From NCBI GenBank assembly GCA_009845995.1, contig VXYK01000046.1, positions 95,547 through 159,546 of the forward strand: a stretch of DNA of 64,000 bases, written 5' to 3'. Below, piece by piece: positions 8,671 to 18,399 of this stretch. The notes beneath the pieces are model-generated. The model had not been told where the DNA came from. It saw only the letters and a list, made by a program, of their open reading frames with translations, and ran no database searches. Positions within the stretch are counted from its first letter, which is position 1, and the number at the start of each line of letters is the position of its first letter. The DNA comes from Acidimicrobiaceae bacterium. GTDB lineage: Bacteria; Actinomycetota; Acidimicrobiia; Acidimicrobiales; Aldehydirespiratoraceae. The translations under genes and the position numbers were made by a program.

Positions 8671-10281
8671 GTGGAGGTCGAAGCTGAGATCAACGCTGAG
8701 ATCGATGTCGACCAGACGACTGGTCTCGTCAAACGCCGCTCTCCACTCCCGTACCCGATCGGGCCTACCACTTTCGCCGGCCTCTTTGATGAGCCGCTCC
8801 GGCACTTTCCTGAGCGGATCGGCCTGATCGACAACGATCGCCAGTGGTCCTTCTCAGAGCTGGACCGCAGCGTGGAGCAGGCTGCAGCGGCTCTGGCATC
8901 GCTGGGCGTGGGCCCCGGTGACCGAGTCGCGTGGTCGCTGCCGAACTGCGCCGAAGTGCCGATCGGGTTCCTCGCCACCCAACGCCTCGCGGCGGTTTGG
9001 CTCGGGATCAACATGAACCTCGCTCCCCCAGAAAGAACTCACCTTCTCAACGACTCCCAGGCATCCCTGTGGATTACCGCGGACGATGCGACCGCCGCCT
9101 CGAACAGCACGGCGTTCAAAGGCACGGTGATCAGCGAGTCCGAATACAACAATGCTGTCTCAACCGCAGACCCCACGAGCGCTCCCCACCCGAATATAGA
9201 CCCCCACGCACCCGCCGCGATCGCCTACACATCGGGCACGACCGGCGCACCCAAGGGCGCTGTCCACAGTCAACACAACCTGTTGTGGCCCGGCCTCATA
9301 ACTCTGAGCACCCATCCACCCAAGCCGACCGACCGCCAGGGCACGCCACTGGCACACACAATCCTCAACATGTTGATCCTCGGAGTGATCTCGGCTTGGA
9401 CGCGGGGCACCACCGGAGTCGTCCTGCACCGTGGCGACCCCGAAGGGTTCTGTGCTGAGGTGAAACGCCACCGACTCACTCGCACCACTCTCGTACCCGC
9501 GCAACTCCATGATCTAGTGCATCACAACGGTGTCGATCCCGGAGATCTGGAGTCACTTGAGTCGATCCTCGTCGGCGGTGCGGCAACTCCGGCGAACACC
9601 CGCCGCGCGTTCGCCGAGAAGTTCAATATCCGCGCCCTGATGGGCTACGGGCTCTCTGAGGCGCCCACCGGCATCGTGCGCGAATCAATCCACGAAGCGA
9701 TCGACGACTCGGCTACGGGTTACGCATTGGACCTCGCCGAAGTAGCGATCGTTGACGAAGACGGCCACGAACTGCCTGCTGGCCAAACCGGTGAGATCTG
9801 TCTGCGTCCCACAACTGCGGGTCCGTGGGCTCAGTCTTGGACACCGACACTGGGCTATTGGCGACGCCCCGACGCAACCCGGGAACTGCTCCGCGGCAAC
9901 GTCCTGCACACCGGCGATATCGGCATGCTCGACAGCAATAAGCGCCTCACGGTGACCGGCCGTCGCTCAGAGTTGATCCTTCGAGGCGGAGCCAACGTGT
10001 CTCCCTTCGACGTTGAACAGGTCTTGCTCGATCACCCCGAGGTGCTCGAGGCAGCGGTCTACGGCATCAACGATGAGCGGCTCGGCGAGAGGGTGGCCGC
10101 GGCGATCGTGACAGCAACCGCTGAGCCCGACCTGGCGGCGCTGCGTGCGTTCCTCGCTGATCGCTTGGCGCGCTACAAGATCCCGGATCACATCTCGGTG
10201 CTTGACCGTCTTCCCCGCAACTCCATGGGGAAAGTCCTGAAATCCGAGTTACCGATGCCCGCTTATCCACTCGCCGACTAA
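8671..10281 (+). CDS. AMP-dependent acyl-CoA synthetase/ligase
   Basis: AMP-binding motif IAYTSGTTGAPKGA, a later HTGDIG, and C-terminal ...PRNSMGKVLK. The GTG start at 8671 is uncertain. Confidence 0.85.
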   Translation: MEVEAEINAEIDVDQTTGLVKRRSPLPYPIGPTTFAGLFDEPLRHFPERIGLIDNDRQWSFSELDRSVEQAAAALASLGVGPGDRVAWSLPNCAEVPIGFLATQRLAAVWLGINMNLAPPERTHLLNDSQASLWITADDATAASNSTAFKGTVISESEYNNAVSTADPTSAPHPNIDPHAPAAIAYTSGTTGAPKGAVHSQHNLLWPGLITLSTHPPKPTDRQGTPLAHTILNMLILGVISAWTRGTTGVVLHRGDPEGFCAEVKRHRLTRTTLVPAQLHDLVHHNGVDPGDLESLESILVGGAATPANTRRAFAEKFNIRALMGYGLSEAPTGIVRESIHEAIDDSATGYALDLAEVAIVDEDGHELPAGQTGEICLRPTTAGPWAQSWTPTLGYWRRPDATRELLRGNVLHTGDIGMLDSNKRLTVTGRRSELILRGGANVSPFDVEQVLLDHPEVLEAAVYGINDERLGERVAAAIVTATAEPDLAALRAFLADRLARYKIPDHISVLDRLPRNSMGKVLKSELPMPAYPLAD

Positions 10282-10848
10282 CTCATCTGAGCGCTCGTTC
10301 CATTCCTCGACGGTGAGCCCGTAGCGAACATGGTCCTCCCACACGCCGTTGATCTCTAGATATCTGACCGCAGTTCCCTCATCACGCAGTTCGAGCTTCT
10401 CGACGACCCTGCGGCTGGCCGTATTGCGCGGCACTATCGCCACCTGGATCCGGTGCAGCCGCAACTCCTCGAAAGCGAACCGGGCGACCACGACGAGCGC
10501 TTCAGGCATGTAGCCGTTGCCGGCCAGCGCCTCGTCGATCCAGTAGCCCACGTAACAAGACTGGAACGGGCCTCGCTGGATCGAGTTGAGGTTGATCTCG
10601 CCCGCGAACATGTGATCGACGAAGATCCCGAAGCTGTGACCCGAACCCCGTTGCCGCTCACGCTGGCGGGCTGAACAGCGGTTGGCGAAGGCCACACGGT
10701 CCTCGACGACGTCGGGCGCACCGCTGAGACGCTGTGGTTCCCATTGCGTCAACCAATCCTGGTTGCGGCGACGCACCTCCTGCCAGCCGCCGAAGTCGTT
10801 CACTTCGAGCGGCCGGAGCAGCACCCGACGGCCGAACAGTTTGCTCAC
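10249..10848 (-). CDS. GNAT family N-acetyltransferase (RimJ/RimL-like)
   Basis: LLRPLEVNDFGGWQEVRRRNQDWLTQWEP...YWIDEALAGNGYMPEALVVVARFAFEELRLHRIQVAIVPRN. Its 3' end overlaps the convergent ligase gene by 33 nt. Confidence 0.8.
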   Translation of the reverse strand: MSKLFGRRVLLRPLEVNDFGGWQEVRRRNQDWLTQWEPQRLSGAPDVVEDRVAFANRCSARQRERQRGSGHSFGIFVDHMFAGEINLNSIQRGPFQSCYVGYWIDEALAGNGYMPEALVVVARFAFEELRLHRIQVAIVPRNTASRRVVEKLELRDEGTAVRYLEINGVWEDHVRYGLTVEEWNERSDELVGEWISGHR

Positions 10849-10867
10849 GGCCAGAATCGTAGGCCGC

Positions 10868-10944
10868 GTTGCCTACGCCGGGCGCAGCCGGAGCCGCGGC
10901 GGCTGAGCGGTACGTTGCCTACGCCGGGCGCAACCGGAGCCGCG
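10868..10944. repeat. Intergenic 31-bp direct repeat (2 copies, 46-bp period)
   Basis: gttgcctacgccgggcgcagccggagccgcg (10868-10898) and gttgcctacgccgggcgcaaccggagccgcg (10914-10944) have 1 mismatch. A small hairpin cgtaggc/gcctacg overlaps copy 1. Confidence 0.85.
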
Positions 10945-10963
10945 TACCCGTTCGATGGTTTGG

Positions 10964-11872
10964 CTATTCCAGCAGCGAGTAGGCCAGGCCGTCGAGGATG
11001 TCGCTTTCGGAAACAAGGCACCGGTCGAACCCGAAATAGCGCATGATCCTGACAAGAATGCACATACCCCCCACGATCACATCCACCCTGCCCTCTTCAA
11101 GTCCCGGGTTGTGGCGGCGCTGGGCGCGCGACTCAGTGACCAACGTGCGGTACACGTCCTCGGCTGCTTCCTTGCTGAGATCAAAATGATGGATCTGCTC
11201 GCGGTCGTATTCGGCCAGCCCGATCTCGACGGCTGCGGCGGCCGACACCGTGCCCGCCAATCCCACGAAAGTCTTGGCGTGCAAAGACGCAGGAATGAGG
11301 CGCGCGACATCATCGAGATGGGCTTCGGTAATCGACAGGCAAGCCAACAGCTCTTCCGGTTCCGGAGGGTCTGATTCGATGTACTTCTCGGTCAAGCGGA
11401 CGCACCCGATGTCGACCGACAACGCTGCTTCGCATTCGGTCACTCCGTAGGCGAACTCAGTGGAGCCGCCGCCGATGTCGACGACCAGGAACGGCCCGTC
11501 GTCGGGGTCCAGTTCAGCGGTAGCGCCCGCGAATGACAGCTGTCCTTCTTCTGAACCCGAGAGCAGTTCGGGGCGCGTGCCGACTACCGATTCAGCCGCA
11601 TCGAAGAACTCCTCTCGGTTGCCGGCGTCGCGGGCCGCCGAGGTCGCGGTGATACGAACCCGCTCAACGTCATAGCGGTCCATCACTTGGCGATAGCCCT
11701 TTAGGCACTCAACCGTGCGATCGATCGCCTCCGGTGCAAGCCGTTTTGTGGCATCGACTCCCTGGCCGAGTTGGGTGATTGTCATGTGCCGTTCCAAGGT
11801 GGCCGAACCGTCGTGCACCAGCAGGCGAGTCGAGTTGGTACCGCAGTCGATCGCGGCCACCCGCGAGGTCAC
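10964..11872 (-). CDS. ppx: Ppx/GppA family phosphatase (exopolyphosphatase)
   Basis: VAAIDCGTNSTRLLV, VVDIGGGSTEF and GLAGT are ASKHA-fold Ppx/GppA motifs. It sits downstream of DUF501, as in other Actinomycetota. Confidence 0.85.
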   Translation of the reverse strand: MTSRVAAIDCGTNSTRLLVHDGSATLERHMTITQLGQGVDATKRLAPEAIDRTVECLKGYRQVMDRYDVERVRITATSAARDAGNREEFFDAAESVVGTRPELLSGSEEGQLSFAGATAELDPDDGPFLVVDIGGGSTEFAYGVTECEAALSVDIGCVRLTEKYIESDPPEPEELLACLSITEAHLDDVARLIPASLHAKTFVGLAGTVSAAAAVEIGLAEYDREQIHHFDLSKEAAEDVYRTLVTESRAQRRHNPGLEEGRVDVIVGGMCILVRIMRYFGFDRCLVSESDILDGLAYSLLE

Positions 11873-12357
11873 AGCGACTCCGATGCGCCGGCTTCACGGA
11901 GTTGGGCATCCGGCCCGGTGGTCAACTGCTCGGCCACCCAACGACCAACCGGGTCGTCGCCCCCGGCGAGATACCAGGCGTAGTGAGCGTGGAGACACTT
12001 GACGCCACGGCGTGTCCCGCCCACGCCACCGGAGGGCCGAGGACCGCGGTGAGACTCTTCGATCGCCGTGTCCCGCTCCGCCGCGTAACGGGCGTGAGCT
12101 TCGGCCAATTCACTGGCGTCCACAGCCGCCTCGGCTTGTCGAACTCCACCCATCGACTCCAGTCGACTGACTAAAAGGCGGGGTTCCTCGCCCACGAGCC
12201 AGTAGCGGGTAGGCATCGGACGACCATCGTTCAACAGAGGCGCATTGCGGAGAACCACGGGATCGCCGGCGTCGTCGACGACAACGATCTCAAAGTGTCC
12301 TTCCGGTTCCCGCCCGAGCAGCTCGGCTACCCGCTTGCGCTCTGCGGACGTTGTCAC
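11869..12357 (-). CDS. DUF501 domain-containing protein
   Basis: ...NAPLLNDGRPMPTRYWLVGEEPRLLVSRLESMGGVRQAE...GVKCLHAHYAWYLAGGDDPVGRWV. 4-nt overlap with ppx. Confidence 0.75.
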   Translation of the reverse strand: MTTSAERKRVAELLGREPEGHFEIVVVDDAGDPVVLRNAPLLNDGRPMPTRYWLVGEEPRLLVSRLESMGGVRQAEAAVDASELAEAHARYAAERDTAIEESHRGPRPSGGVGGTRRGVKCLHAHYAWYLAGGDDPVGRWVAEQLTTGPDAQLREAGASESL

Positions 12358-13073
12358 CGCGAGCGACGCAGCAACCGCCGCAACAGCAAGAACGCGACAA
12401 CCACGACAGCCAGCGTCGCCACACGTTTCATCACCGGAGCGGCCGCGGCATCGATCAGGTCGATCGCTTCGGGTTCGGGCATTTCAATTTTGCGTGCCGC
12501 GCCGTCAGGTTTGGCGGCCTCCCCACCAGCGGCCTCTGTATCGGCATCGCCGGCGTCGCTGGACGCATCGACGGCTGCGGCCTCGGCCATTGCAGCGTCG
12601 CCCGGGTCTTGGGCGCTGTCGGTGCCGTCCTCAGCCAGCATCTCAGCGAGGTTCTGCGCGAACTGGTCCATCAGGTTGGCGCTCACGTCGGCCATCACCC
12701 CGCGGCCGAACTGGGCGAACTTCCCCGTGATCTTCATGTCGGTGTCGACGTTGACCCTGGTGGTCGAATCCGACACCTCTTCGAGCTTGGCAGTGATCAA
12801 CGCACTGGCGTTTCCTGCACCGCGAGTGTCTCGACCCTTGCCGCTCAGCACTGCCTTGTGGTCTTGGTCGTTGCGCTCCACGAAGTTCGCCGCGCCTTTG
12901 AACTGGGCAGTGATCGGCCCCACCTTCACCTTTACGAAACCGCGGTAATCGTCGCCCTCGACTTCGGTGAGCTGCGCTCCGGGGAGACAGGGAGCGATGC
13001 GTTCGAGGTCGGTGAGCACAGCCCATGCTTCATCGATCGGCCGAGCCACTTCAAAAGAATTGTTCAGGTCCAT
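12354..13073 (-). CDS. CoxG-like SRPBCC protein with acidic linker and C-terminal TM anchor
   Basis: N-terminus MDLNNSFEVARPIDEAWAVLTDLERIAPCLPGA...KITGKFAQFGRGVM (CoxG family). C-terminus ...VATLAVVVVAFLLLRRLLRR. Confidence 0.7.
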   Translation of the reverse strand: MDLNNSFEVARPIDEAWAVLTDLERIAPCLPGAQLTEVEGDDYRGFVKVKVGPITAQFKGAANFVERNDQDHKAVLSGKGRDTRGAGNASALITAKLEEVSDSTTRVNVDTDMKITGKFAQFGRGVMADVSANLMDQFAQNLAEMLAEDGTDSAQDPGDAAMAEAAAVDASSDAGDADTEAAGGEAAKPDGAARKIEMPEPEAIDLIDAAAAPVMKRVATLAVVVVAFLLLRRLLRRSR

Positions 13074-13660
13074 CGTCGCAGATCCTCCAGCGTGTCGACA
13101 TCGGCTGAGTCGCCATCACAGGGTATCGACTCAACCATCTCGGGCCGCTCACGCCAAAGACTGCGCGCTCCTTCATCTCCCGACACGGGAAGCGACGCCC
13201 ACATCGCCGCGGCCAGGCGGACCGGAGGACGAAGACCTGCACCGAAATCCGCGGCCGCGAGGTCCGCGTCGCTGCCCCCGACGGCTTGCCAAGCACGCAC
13301 CCCAACGCCGGGTTGATCACCTAAACCAACGACGACCGCCTTGTGTCCCCTGTTGGCGGCATAGGTGACCGCGCCTCGCAGCGAGGTTGCCTGGCCATGG
13401 TCCCAATGCTCATTGTGAATGATCGTCACATCTTCTGGCAGCACCTCTGTGAGGTCCACACACCCGGAAACAACGATCACCTCATCGAAACCAGCGGCCC
13501 GCGCGGCGTCAACGGCATGGCACACAATCGGCTTTCCTCGCACCTCGGTTAGGAGCTTGTGGTTCTCGCCCAAGAACCGTGAACCTGCCCCGGCTGCGAG
13601 CACGACCGCTGCTGTTGTGACCACATCGCGGTCGGGACTGGAGCCAGTTTGGGTGGTCAC
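13064..13660 (-). CDS. MobA/MocA-like molybdenum cofactor nucleotidyltransferase
   Basis: AVVLAAGAGSRF...KLLTEVRGKPIV is an NTP-transferase signature. Located in the Cox/Xdh maturation cluster. Confidence 0.7.
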   Translation of the reverse strand: MTTQTGSSPDRDVVTTAAVVLAAGAGSRFLGENHKLLTEVRGKPIVCHAVDAARAAGFDEVIVVSGCVDLTEVLPEDVTIIHNEHWDHGQATSLRGAVTYAANRGHKAVVVGLGDQPGVGVRAWQAVGGSDADLAAADFGAGLRPPVRLAAAMWASLPVSGDEGARSLWRERPEMVESIPCDGDSADVDTLEDLRRWT

Positions 13661-13711
13661 TATTCCAGTGTGGCAGCACTAAAGAGCAGCCATGCGCCTA
13701 GCGTGTCACCA

Positions 13712-14224
13712 ATGAGTGATTCCGTTGACCCCGAATCCGATGTCTCCTCGTCGCCGAGCATCGCCGACCAGCCCCTGGTTCGGGTCAACCTGTTGATCGC
13801 AGACGCAGCCCAAGTCGCCGACGGCAAGCTCTACATCCTCGGCGGAGGATTGACCGCTGTCGGTCCACGTCCCCAGCCGATGGGAGTGGCTATCCGCATT
13901 GAGGTGCCGTGGGACCGGGCCAACGTTTCGCACGAATGGCGAATTGATCTGCTCGACGAAGACGGGCATCCACTGCTGATCGGTGAACGACCGCTCGTGG
14001 TGCAGGGCAACTTCGAGGCCGGGCGGCCGGTAGGTCTGCGTCCGGGCACGCCGCTGTGTGTTCCGCTGGCGATCAACTTCCCAACGATTCCGGTCACGCC
14101 CGGTAAGAGCTACACCTGGCAACTGTCGATCAACGGCTCGACCCACTCAGACTGGCGTCAGAGCTTCTTCGTCCGCCTTCCCAAACAAACCGGCTCTCCC
14201 AGCACGCCACCGCGGTCCGGTTGA
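13712..14224 (+). CDS. Hypothetical protein
   Basis: ATG at 13712 (MSDSVDPE...) within track ORF 13649..14224. The sequence looks like real protein (LYILGGGLTAVG..., SYTWQLSINGS) but has no motif I recognise. It is the only plus-strand gene in the block. Confidence 0.45.
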   Translation: MSDSVDPESDVSSSPSIADQPLVRVNLLIADAAQVADGKLYILGGGLTAVGPRPQPMGVAIRIEVPWDRANVSHEWRIDLLDEDGHPLLIGERPLVVQGNFEAGRPVGLRPGTPLCVPLAINFPTIPVTPGKSYTWQLSINGSTHSDWRQSFFVRLPKQTGSPSTPPRSG

Positions 14225-14248
14225 AGCGGTATCGAGGACAAGCGGGAT

Positions 14249-15064
14249 TCAGCCGTGTATGGGTCCTTCGGTGACGGTCAGCGACTTGGCGTCACGGCCG
14301 GTGCGACGAGCGATGATCTCTGAGGTGATCGACACGGCGGTCTCCTCGGGGGTTCGAGCTCCGATATCAAGGCCGATCGGCGACCGCAGACGAGCCAGAC
14401 CCCCTTCGTCGACGCCGGCTTCGATCAGGCGCTTGGTGCGATCATCGTGGGTGCGCCGGCTCCCCATAACGCCGATATAGCCGACATTCGTTGCCAGCGC
14501 AGACACGACCGCGGGCACATCGAACTTGGCGTCGTGGGTGAGAATGCAGATCGCATCGCGTTCGCCCAGTTCGCTCCCCACTTCGTCCAGCAGTCGGTTC
14601 GGCCACTCGACAACAACTTCGTCTGCCATCGGAAAACGAGTCTCGGTGGCGAACACCGCGCGAGCGTCACAAACCGTGACTCTGTAGCCCAGCACTTTGG
14701 CCACCCGAGCCAGAGCGGCGGTGAAGTCGACCGCTCCGAAGATCAACATCTTGGGCGGTGGAGCGAAGCTCTCAATGAACACCGATACCGCCCCCTCGCG
14801 GGCCTCGCCGTGCAGGCCGTAGTGGCGGATACCGCTTCGACCAGCCGCCAGTTCACCGCGGGCATCGCGGGTCACGACCCGGTCGAGGTCAGCATTGCCG
14901 AGCGTTCCCGAAGACTGCGCGTCTGGCTGCACGATCAGCTTGGCGCCGGTGAACTCACCCTCGATGACCGTGGCCAGCGCCACCGGCGACTCCGCGCGGA
15001 TGGCGTCCCGCAATTGGTCGAACAGCGGCTGATTAATAGTGGGCTGTTCGGCCGAGGTTGACAC
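14249..15064 (-). CDS. XdhC/CoxI family molybdoenzyme maturation protein
   Basis: N-terminal XdhC/CoxI-like region plus a Rossmann-like part (KMLIFGAVDFTAALARVAKVLGYRVTVCD...). Confidence 0.75.
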   Translation of the reverse strand: MSTSAEQPTINQPLFDQLRDAIRAESPVALATVIEGEFTGAKLIVQPDAQSSGTLGNADLDRVVTRDARGELAAGRSGIRHYGLHGEAREGAVSVFIESFAPPPKMLIFGAVDFTAALARVAKVLGYRVTVCDARAVFATETRFPMADEVVVEWPNRLLDEVGSELGERDAICILTHDAKFDVPAVVSALATNVGYIGVMGSRRTHDDRTKRLIEAGVDEGGLARLRSPIGLDIGARTPEETAVSITSEIIARRTGRDAKSLTVTEGPIHG

Positions 15065-15070
15065 GTGCGT

Positions 15071-15385
15071 CTACCAATCAAGAGGTTCGATGAACAGGTG
15101 GATCGTGCCTCCGCACGTCAACCCCACCTCAAAGGCCTCATCATCGCTGTAACCGAAGCTGACCATGCGCCGGTCGCCGGTGGCGAGAACTTCGAGGGCT
15201 TCGACAACAACAGCTCCCTCGACACAACCGCCCGAAACAGAACCGGACACTTCGCCGTCTTCGGTCACTGCCATGGCCGCACCCACCGACCGAGGCCCGG
15301 ACCCTTCGAGGTCGACGACCCGGGCCATGGCCACAGCAGTTCCCGCGCTGCGCCAGCGGTCCAAGTCGTCGAGCAGTTCTTTCAT
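15071..15385 (-). CDS. XdhC/CoxI N-terminal-domain protein (stand-alone)
   Basis: 104 aa: ...WRSAGTAVAMARVVDLEGSGPRSVGAAMAVTEDGEVSGSVSGGCVEGAVV... matches the XdhC N-terminal domain pattern. Confidence 0.7.
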   Translation of the reverse strand: MKELLDDLDRWRSAGTAVAMARVVDLEGSGPRSVGAAMAVTEDGEVSGSVSGGCVEGAVVVEALEVLATGDRRMVSFGYSDDEAFEVGLTCGGTIHLFIEPLDW

Positions 15386-16611
15386 CGCTGAGATCCTACG
15401 CCGCTGAGCGCAAGGTCCCGTTCGGGCGAACGCCCATCCGAGCCACCGAGCACGAGTCGGGCAAGCTCGTGAAGCGAGTCGAGGCAGTGACCTTCAACAA
15501 AGTCGTCCACGAATGGCAACGCCGCGGCCATCGCCCGAGCCAGGGGCTCATATCCCGGCGAGGCCTTCAAGGGATTGACCCAGACCACCCGATGGGCAAC
15601 ACGAGCGAGGCGCTGCATCTGGATTTCCATTTCTTGGGGCTCGCCGCGGTCCCAGCCATCAGAGAGAATCACGACCGTGGCTCCCCGCGCCATCCCCCGA
15701 CAACCCCACTCATCATTGAAGCGACCCAGGCCATCGCCGAGGCGGGTACCCCCGGACCAGTCCTTGACCGCCCGCGAGGCGGCTTGCAGCGCCCGATCCG
15801 GGTCCCTTTGCGACAGCTCGCGCGTGAGTCTCGTCAACCGCGTGCCCAACGTGAACGCCTCCACCCGCGCCCCACTCGCCACCGAGGCATGCACGAATCC
15901 GATCAGAGCCCGCGCGTAAGGCTCCATCGACCCCGACACGTCGAGCAACAGCACCAGGCGCCGCTGCTGGCTCCCAGGCACCGCACGGGCGATCTCGGCG
16001 GGTTCACCAGCGGATCGCAGGGCCTGTCGCACCGTGCGTCGAATGTCGAGAGCGCCTCGCGCCCTGCGGCTGGGAACACGACGACGACTCCGCCGACACG
16101 ACCCCATGAACAAGATCTCCTCCATCAACCGCCGGGACTCAGCCAGTTCCTCGTCTGAGTAATCGGCGAAGTCCTTCTGGGTCAGTGTCTCGGTGGTGCT
16201 GTAACGCACGGTGATGCTGTCATCGTTTTTGTCGCGGTTGTCATCCTCGTCAGGGCCGTCGGCAGGGATCTCGGGATCGTCGAGCGCCAACGTGACCGGC
16301 GAGGGCTCCTGAGGTGGGCGCCAAACAAGTCCGGAATCCACACCACACCAGTACGCGGCGAACAGACCGTTGAACAATTCAATGTCCTCGGGCCTGTGCA
16401 CCAACACCGCCCGGGCAGTCCAATAAACCTCATCTGGATTGCCGAGATCGATCTCGGCGAGCGCCTCGGTGAACAAACGCGAAGATCCCAACGACACGGC
16501 AATGCCGCCGCGGCGCACCGATTCCACAAAGCCGACTGCCGCGGCGACAGTCATCGACACGCCTCGCTGCGCATTGCCTGAGGCATCGAATTCACTCCCG
16601 GGCTGCGGCAA
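15382..16611 (-). CDS. VWA domain-containing CoxE-like protein
   Basis: MIDAS-type motif VLLLDVSGSM and ...VVILSDGWDRG. It follows the MoxR ATPase gene. The start may instead be the internal Met (MTVAAAVGF) at 16557. Confidence 0.75.
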   Translation of the reverse strand: MPQPGSEFDASGNAQRGVSMTVAAAVGFVESVRRGGIAVSLGSSRLFTEALAEIDLGNPDEVYWTARAVLVHRPEDIELFNGLFAAYWCGVDSGLVWRPPQEPSPVTLALDDPEIPADGPDEDDNRDKNDDSITVRYSTTETLTQKDFADYSDEELAESRRLMEEILFMGSCRRSRRRVPSRRARGALDIRRTVRQALRSAGEPAEIARAVPGSQQRRLVLLLDVSGSMEPYARALIGFVHASVASGARVEAFTLGTRLTRLTRELSQRDPDRALQAASRAVKDWSGGTRLGDGLGRFNDEWGCRGMARGATVVILSDGWDRGEPQEMEIQMQRLARVAHRVVWVNPLKASPGYEPLARAMAAALPFVDDFVEGHCLDSLHELARLVLGGSDGRSPERDLALSGVGSQR

Positions 16612-17512
16612 GGAGCGCTTCGAGACCGTGGTCTTGGACCCGCTCCAGATCTTCGCGGTATTTCAGCAGCGTCGGGAAAGTCGCTTCCACCTGTTCAACG
16701 GCAAGCTCTTTTGCACCCAACAGGTCCAGGGCACGAGCCCAATCGATGGTTTCGGACACGCCCGGAGGCTTGTAGAGGCCAACTTGACGCACCGCCGCTG
16801 CCGCCGACGCGACCTGAGCAGCCAAACGCTCGCTGACCGAAGGGGCGTGGAGCTTGATGATCTCGATCTCGCGAGCGATTTCGGGATGCTTGACCCAGTG
16901 GTAGAGGCACCGTCGTTTCAAGGCGTCGTGCACGTCACGGGTCCGGTTCGAGGTGACGATCACCACCGGAGGGTCGACAGCAGAAAAGGTGCCGATTTCT
17001 GGGATCGTGATCGAATAGTCGGCCAACACCTCGAGCAGGAAAGCCTCGAACTCGTCATCGGCGCGATCTACCTCGTCGATCAACAGCACCGGAGACGGGC
17101 CGGAATTGTGAGCGATGGCTTCGAGCAGAGGACGGCGCACCAAGAAACGTTCGTCGTAAAGCTCATCGGTGAGCGCTTCGGCTTCGCCGGCTCTGGCTGC
17201 GCCGGTTGCTTCGGCCGTGCGCAGATACAGCAGTTGACGGGCGTAATCCCATTCATATACGGCTTGGTTGACATCAATGCCCTCATAGCATTGGATCCGT
17301 AACAGCGGCCCGCCGATCCAGTCCGCGAGCACTCGGGCAACTTCGGTCTTGCCTACACCGGGTTCTCCCTCAAGCAACAGCGGTCGGCGCAAACGCAACG
17401 CCAGATAGACCGCTGTAGCGAGTCCGTCATCGGGGAGATAGCGATTCTCGCGCAGAGCGTCGCTGACCTGCGCCACTGATGAGACGCTGCGAGGATCATT
17501 GCTGTCGGCCAT
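16592..17512 (-). CDS. MoxR-like AAA+ ATPase (CoxD-like)
   Basis: Walker A LLLEGEPGVGKT and Walker B VLLIDEVDRA; about 300 aa, the MoxR size class. Confidence 0.8.
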   Translation of the reverse strand: MADSNDPRSVSSVAQVSDALRENRYLPDDGLATAVYLALRLRRPLLLEGEPGVGKTEVARVLADWIGGPLLRIQCYEGIDVNQAVYEWDYARQLLYLRTAEATGAARAGEAEALTDELYDERFLVRRPLLEAIAHNSGPSPVLLIDEVDRADDEFEAFLLEVLADYSITIPEIGTFSAVDPPVVIVTSNRTRDVHDALKRRCLYHWVKHPEIAREIEIIKLHAPSVSERLAAQVASAAAAVRQVGLYKPPGVSETIDWARALDLLGAKELAVEQVEATFPTLLKYREDLERVQDHGLEALLAAARE

Positions 17513-17589
17513 CTATCGGACCTCCGAACGGCTGAACGACTGACGTGGTCAACGTTAGTCAACGCCCAATGCTACTCAGCGAGGTGCGC

Positions 17590-18399
17590 TCAGCGTGTTC
17601 GGCGGATCAGTTCGGCTCGTGCCCAGGGACCAAAGACGGCGATTCCACAGGCGATTACCAACAAACCCGGCCAAGTGTCGGCCCAGGTCACATCGCCAAG
17701 GTATCCCTGTCGGGTCATGCGCAGAAGATTGGTCGCCGGGTTGACACGAGCGACCTGTTCCATCCAACCGTCGAGCAAGGCGATCGGGACCTGCCCGATC
17801 GACGGGAAGATCACCAAGAAACTGGTCATCTGCACGATCGTCATCGCCCGGACGTCTCCCGTCCGAAGCACAACCCCCAGTCCGAAACAGCCGATGACCA
17901 GGGCGCCACCGATTCCTCCGGTGTAAGCCAGAACGATTCCCAATATCCCGCCGGGCACATCGGCGTTCATCGCAAAAGCCAGAACGGTCACCAAAGTGAG
18001 CGGGATCAACGCACGAATGGCGGTGTAGGTCAGCGGTGCAACGATAATTGCCCCGCGCCGTACGGGGCTGACCAGCAATCGGTCCATGAAACCGTTCTCA
18101 ATGTCGTTGGCGACGGTGCCTGCGGTTCCGACCCCTGAGAACATGGCTCCCTGCAACAGCGCGAACGCCACCACCCAGTTGATCAGATTCTCGGTCGGGT
18201 AGCCGTCGAGCCGAGTGATGCCGTCGAAGCTGGAGGTGAAGACAACCAAGAAGAAGACCGGCATCACGATCAACGGCACCAGAATCGCCGGCAGCCGCGT
18301 GAACCTCGTGAGGTTTCGGTGACACATCCAGACAACCGGAAACAGCGACGAAACACGGGATCGCGACCTGTCCCGTTCAGTGTCGAGCGCCGCAGTCAT
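17590..18399 (-). CDS. ABC-2 type transporter permease
   Basis: Six hydrophobic segments. Overlaps the upstream permease by 4 nt and lies downstream of a DrrA-like ATPase. Confidence 0.75.
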   Translation of the reverse strand: MTAALDTERDRSRSRVSSLFPVVWMCHRNLTRFTRLPAILVPLIVMPVFFLVVFTSSFDGITRLDGYPTENLINWVVAFALLQGAMFSGVGTAGTVANDIENGFMDRLLVSPVRRGAIIVAPLTYTAIRALIPLTLVTVLAFAMNADVPGGILGIVLAYTGGIGGALVIGCFGLGVVLRTGDVRAMTIVQMTSFLVIFPSIGQVPIALLDGWMEQVARVNPATNLLRMTRQGYLGDVTWADTWPGLLVIACGIAVFGPWARAELIRRTR

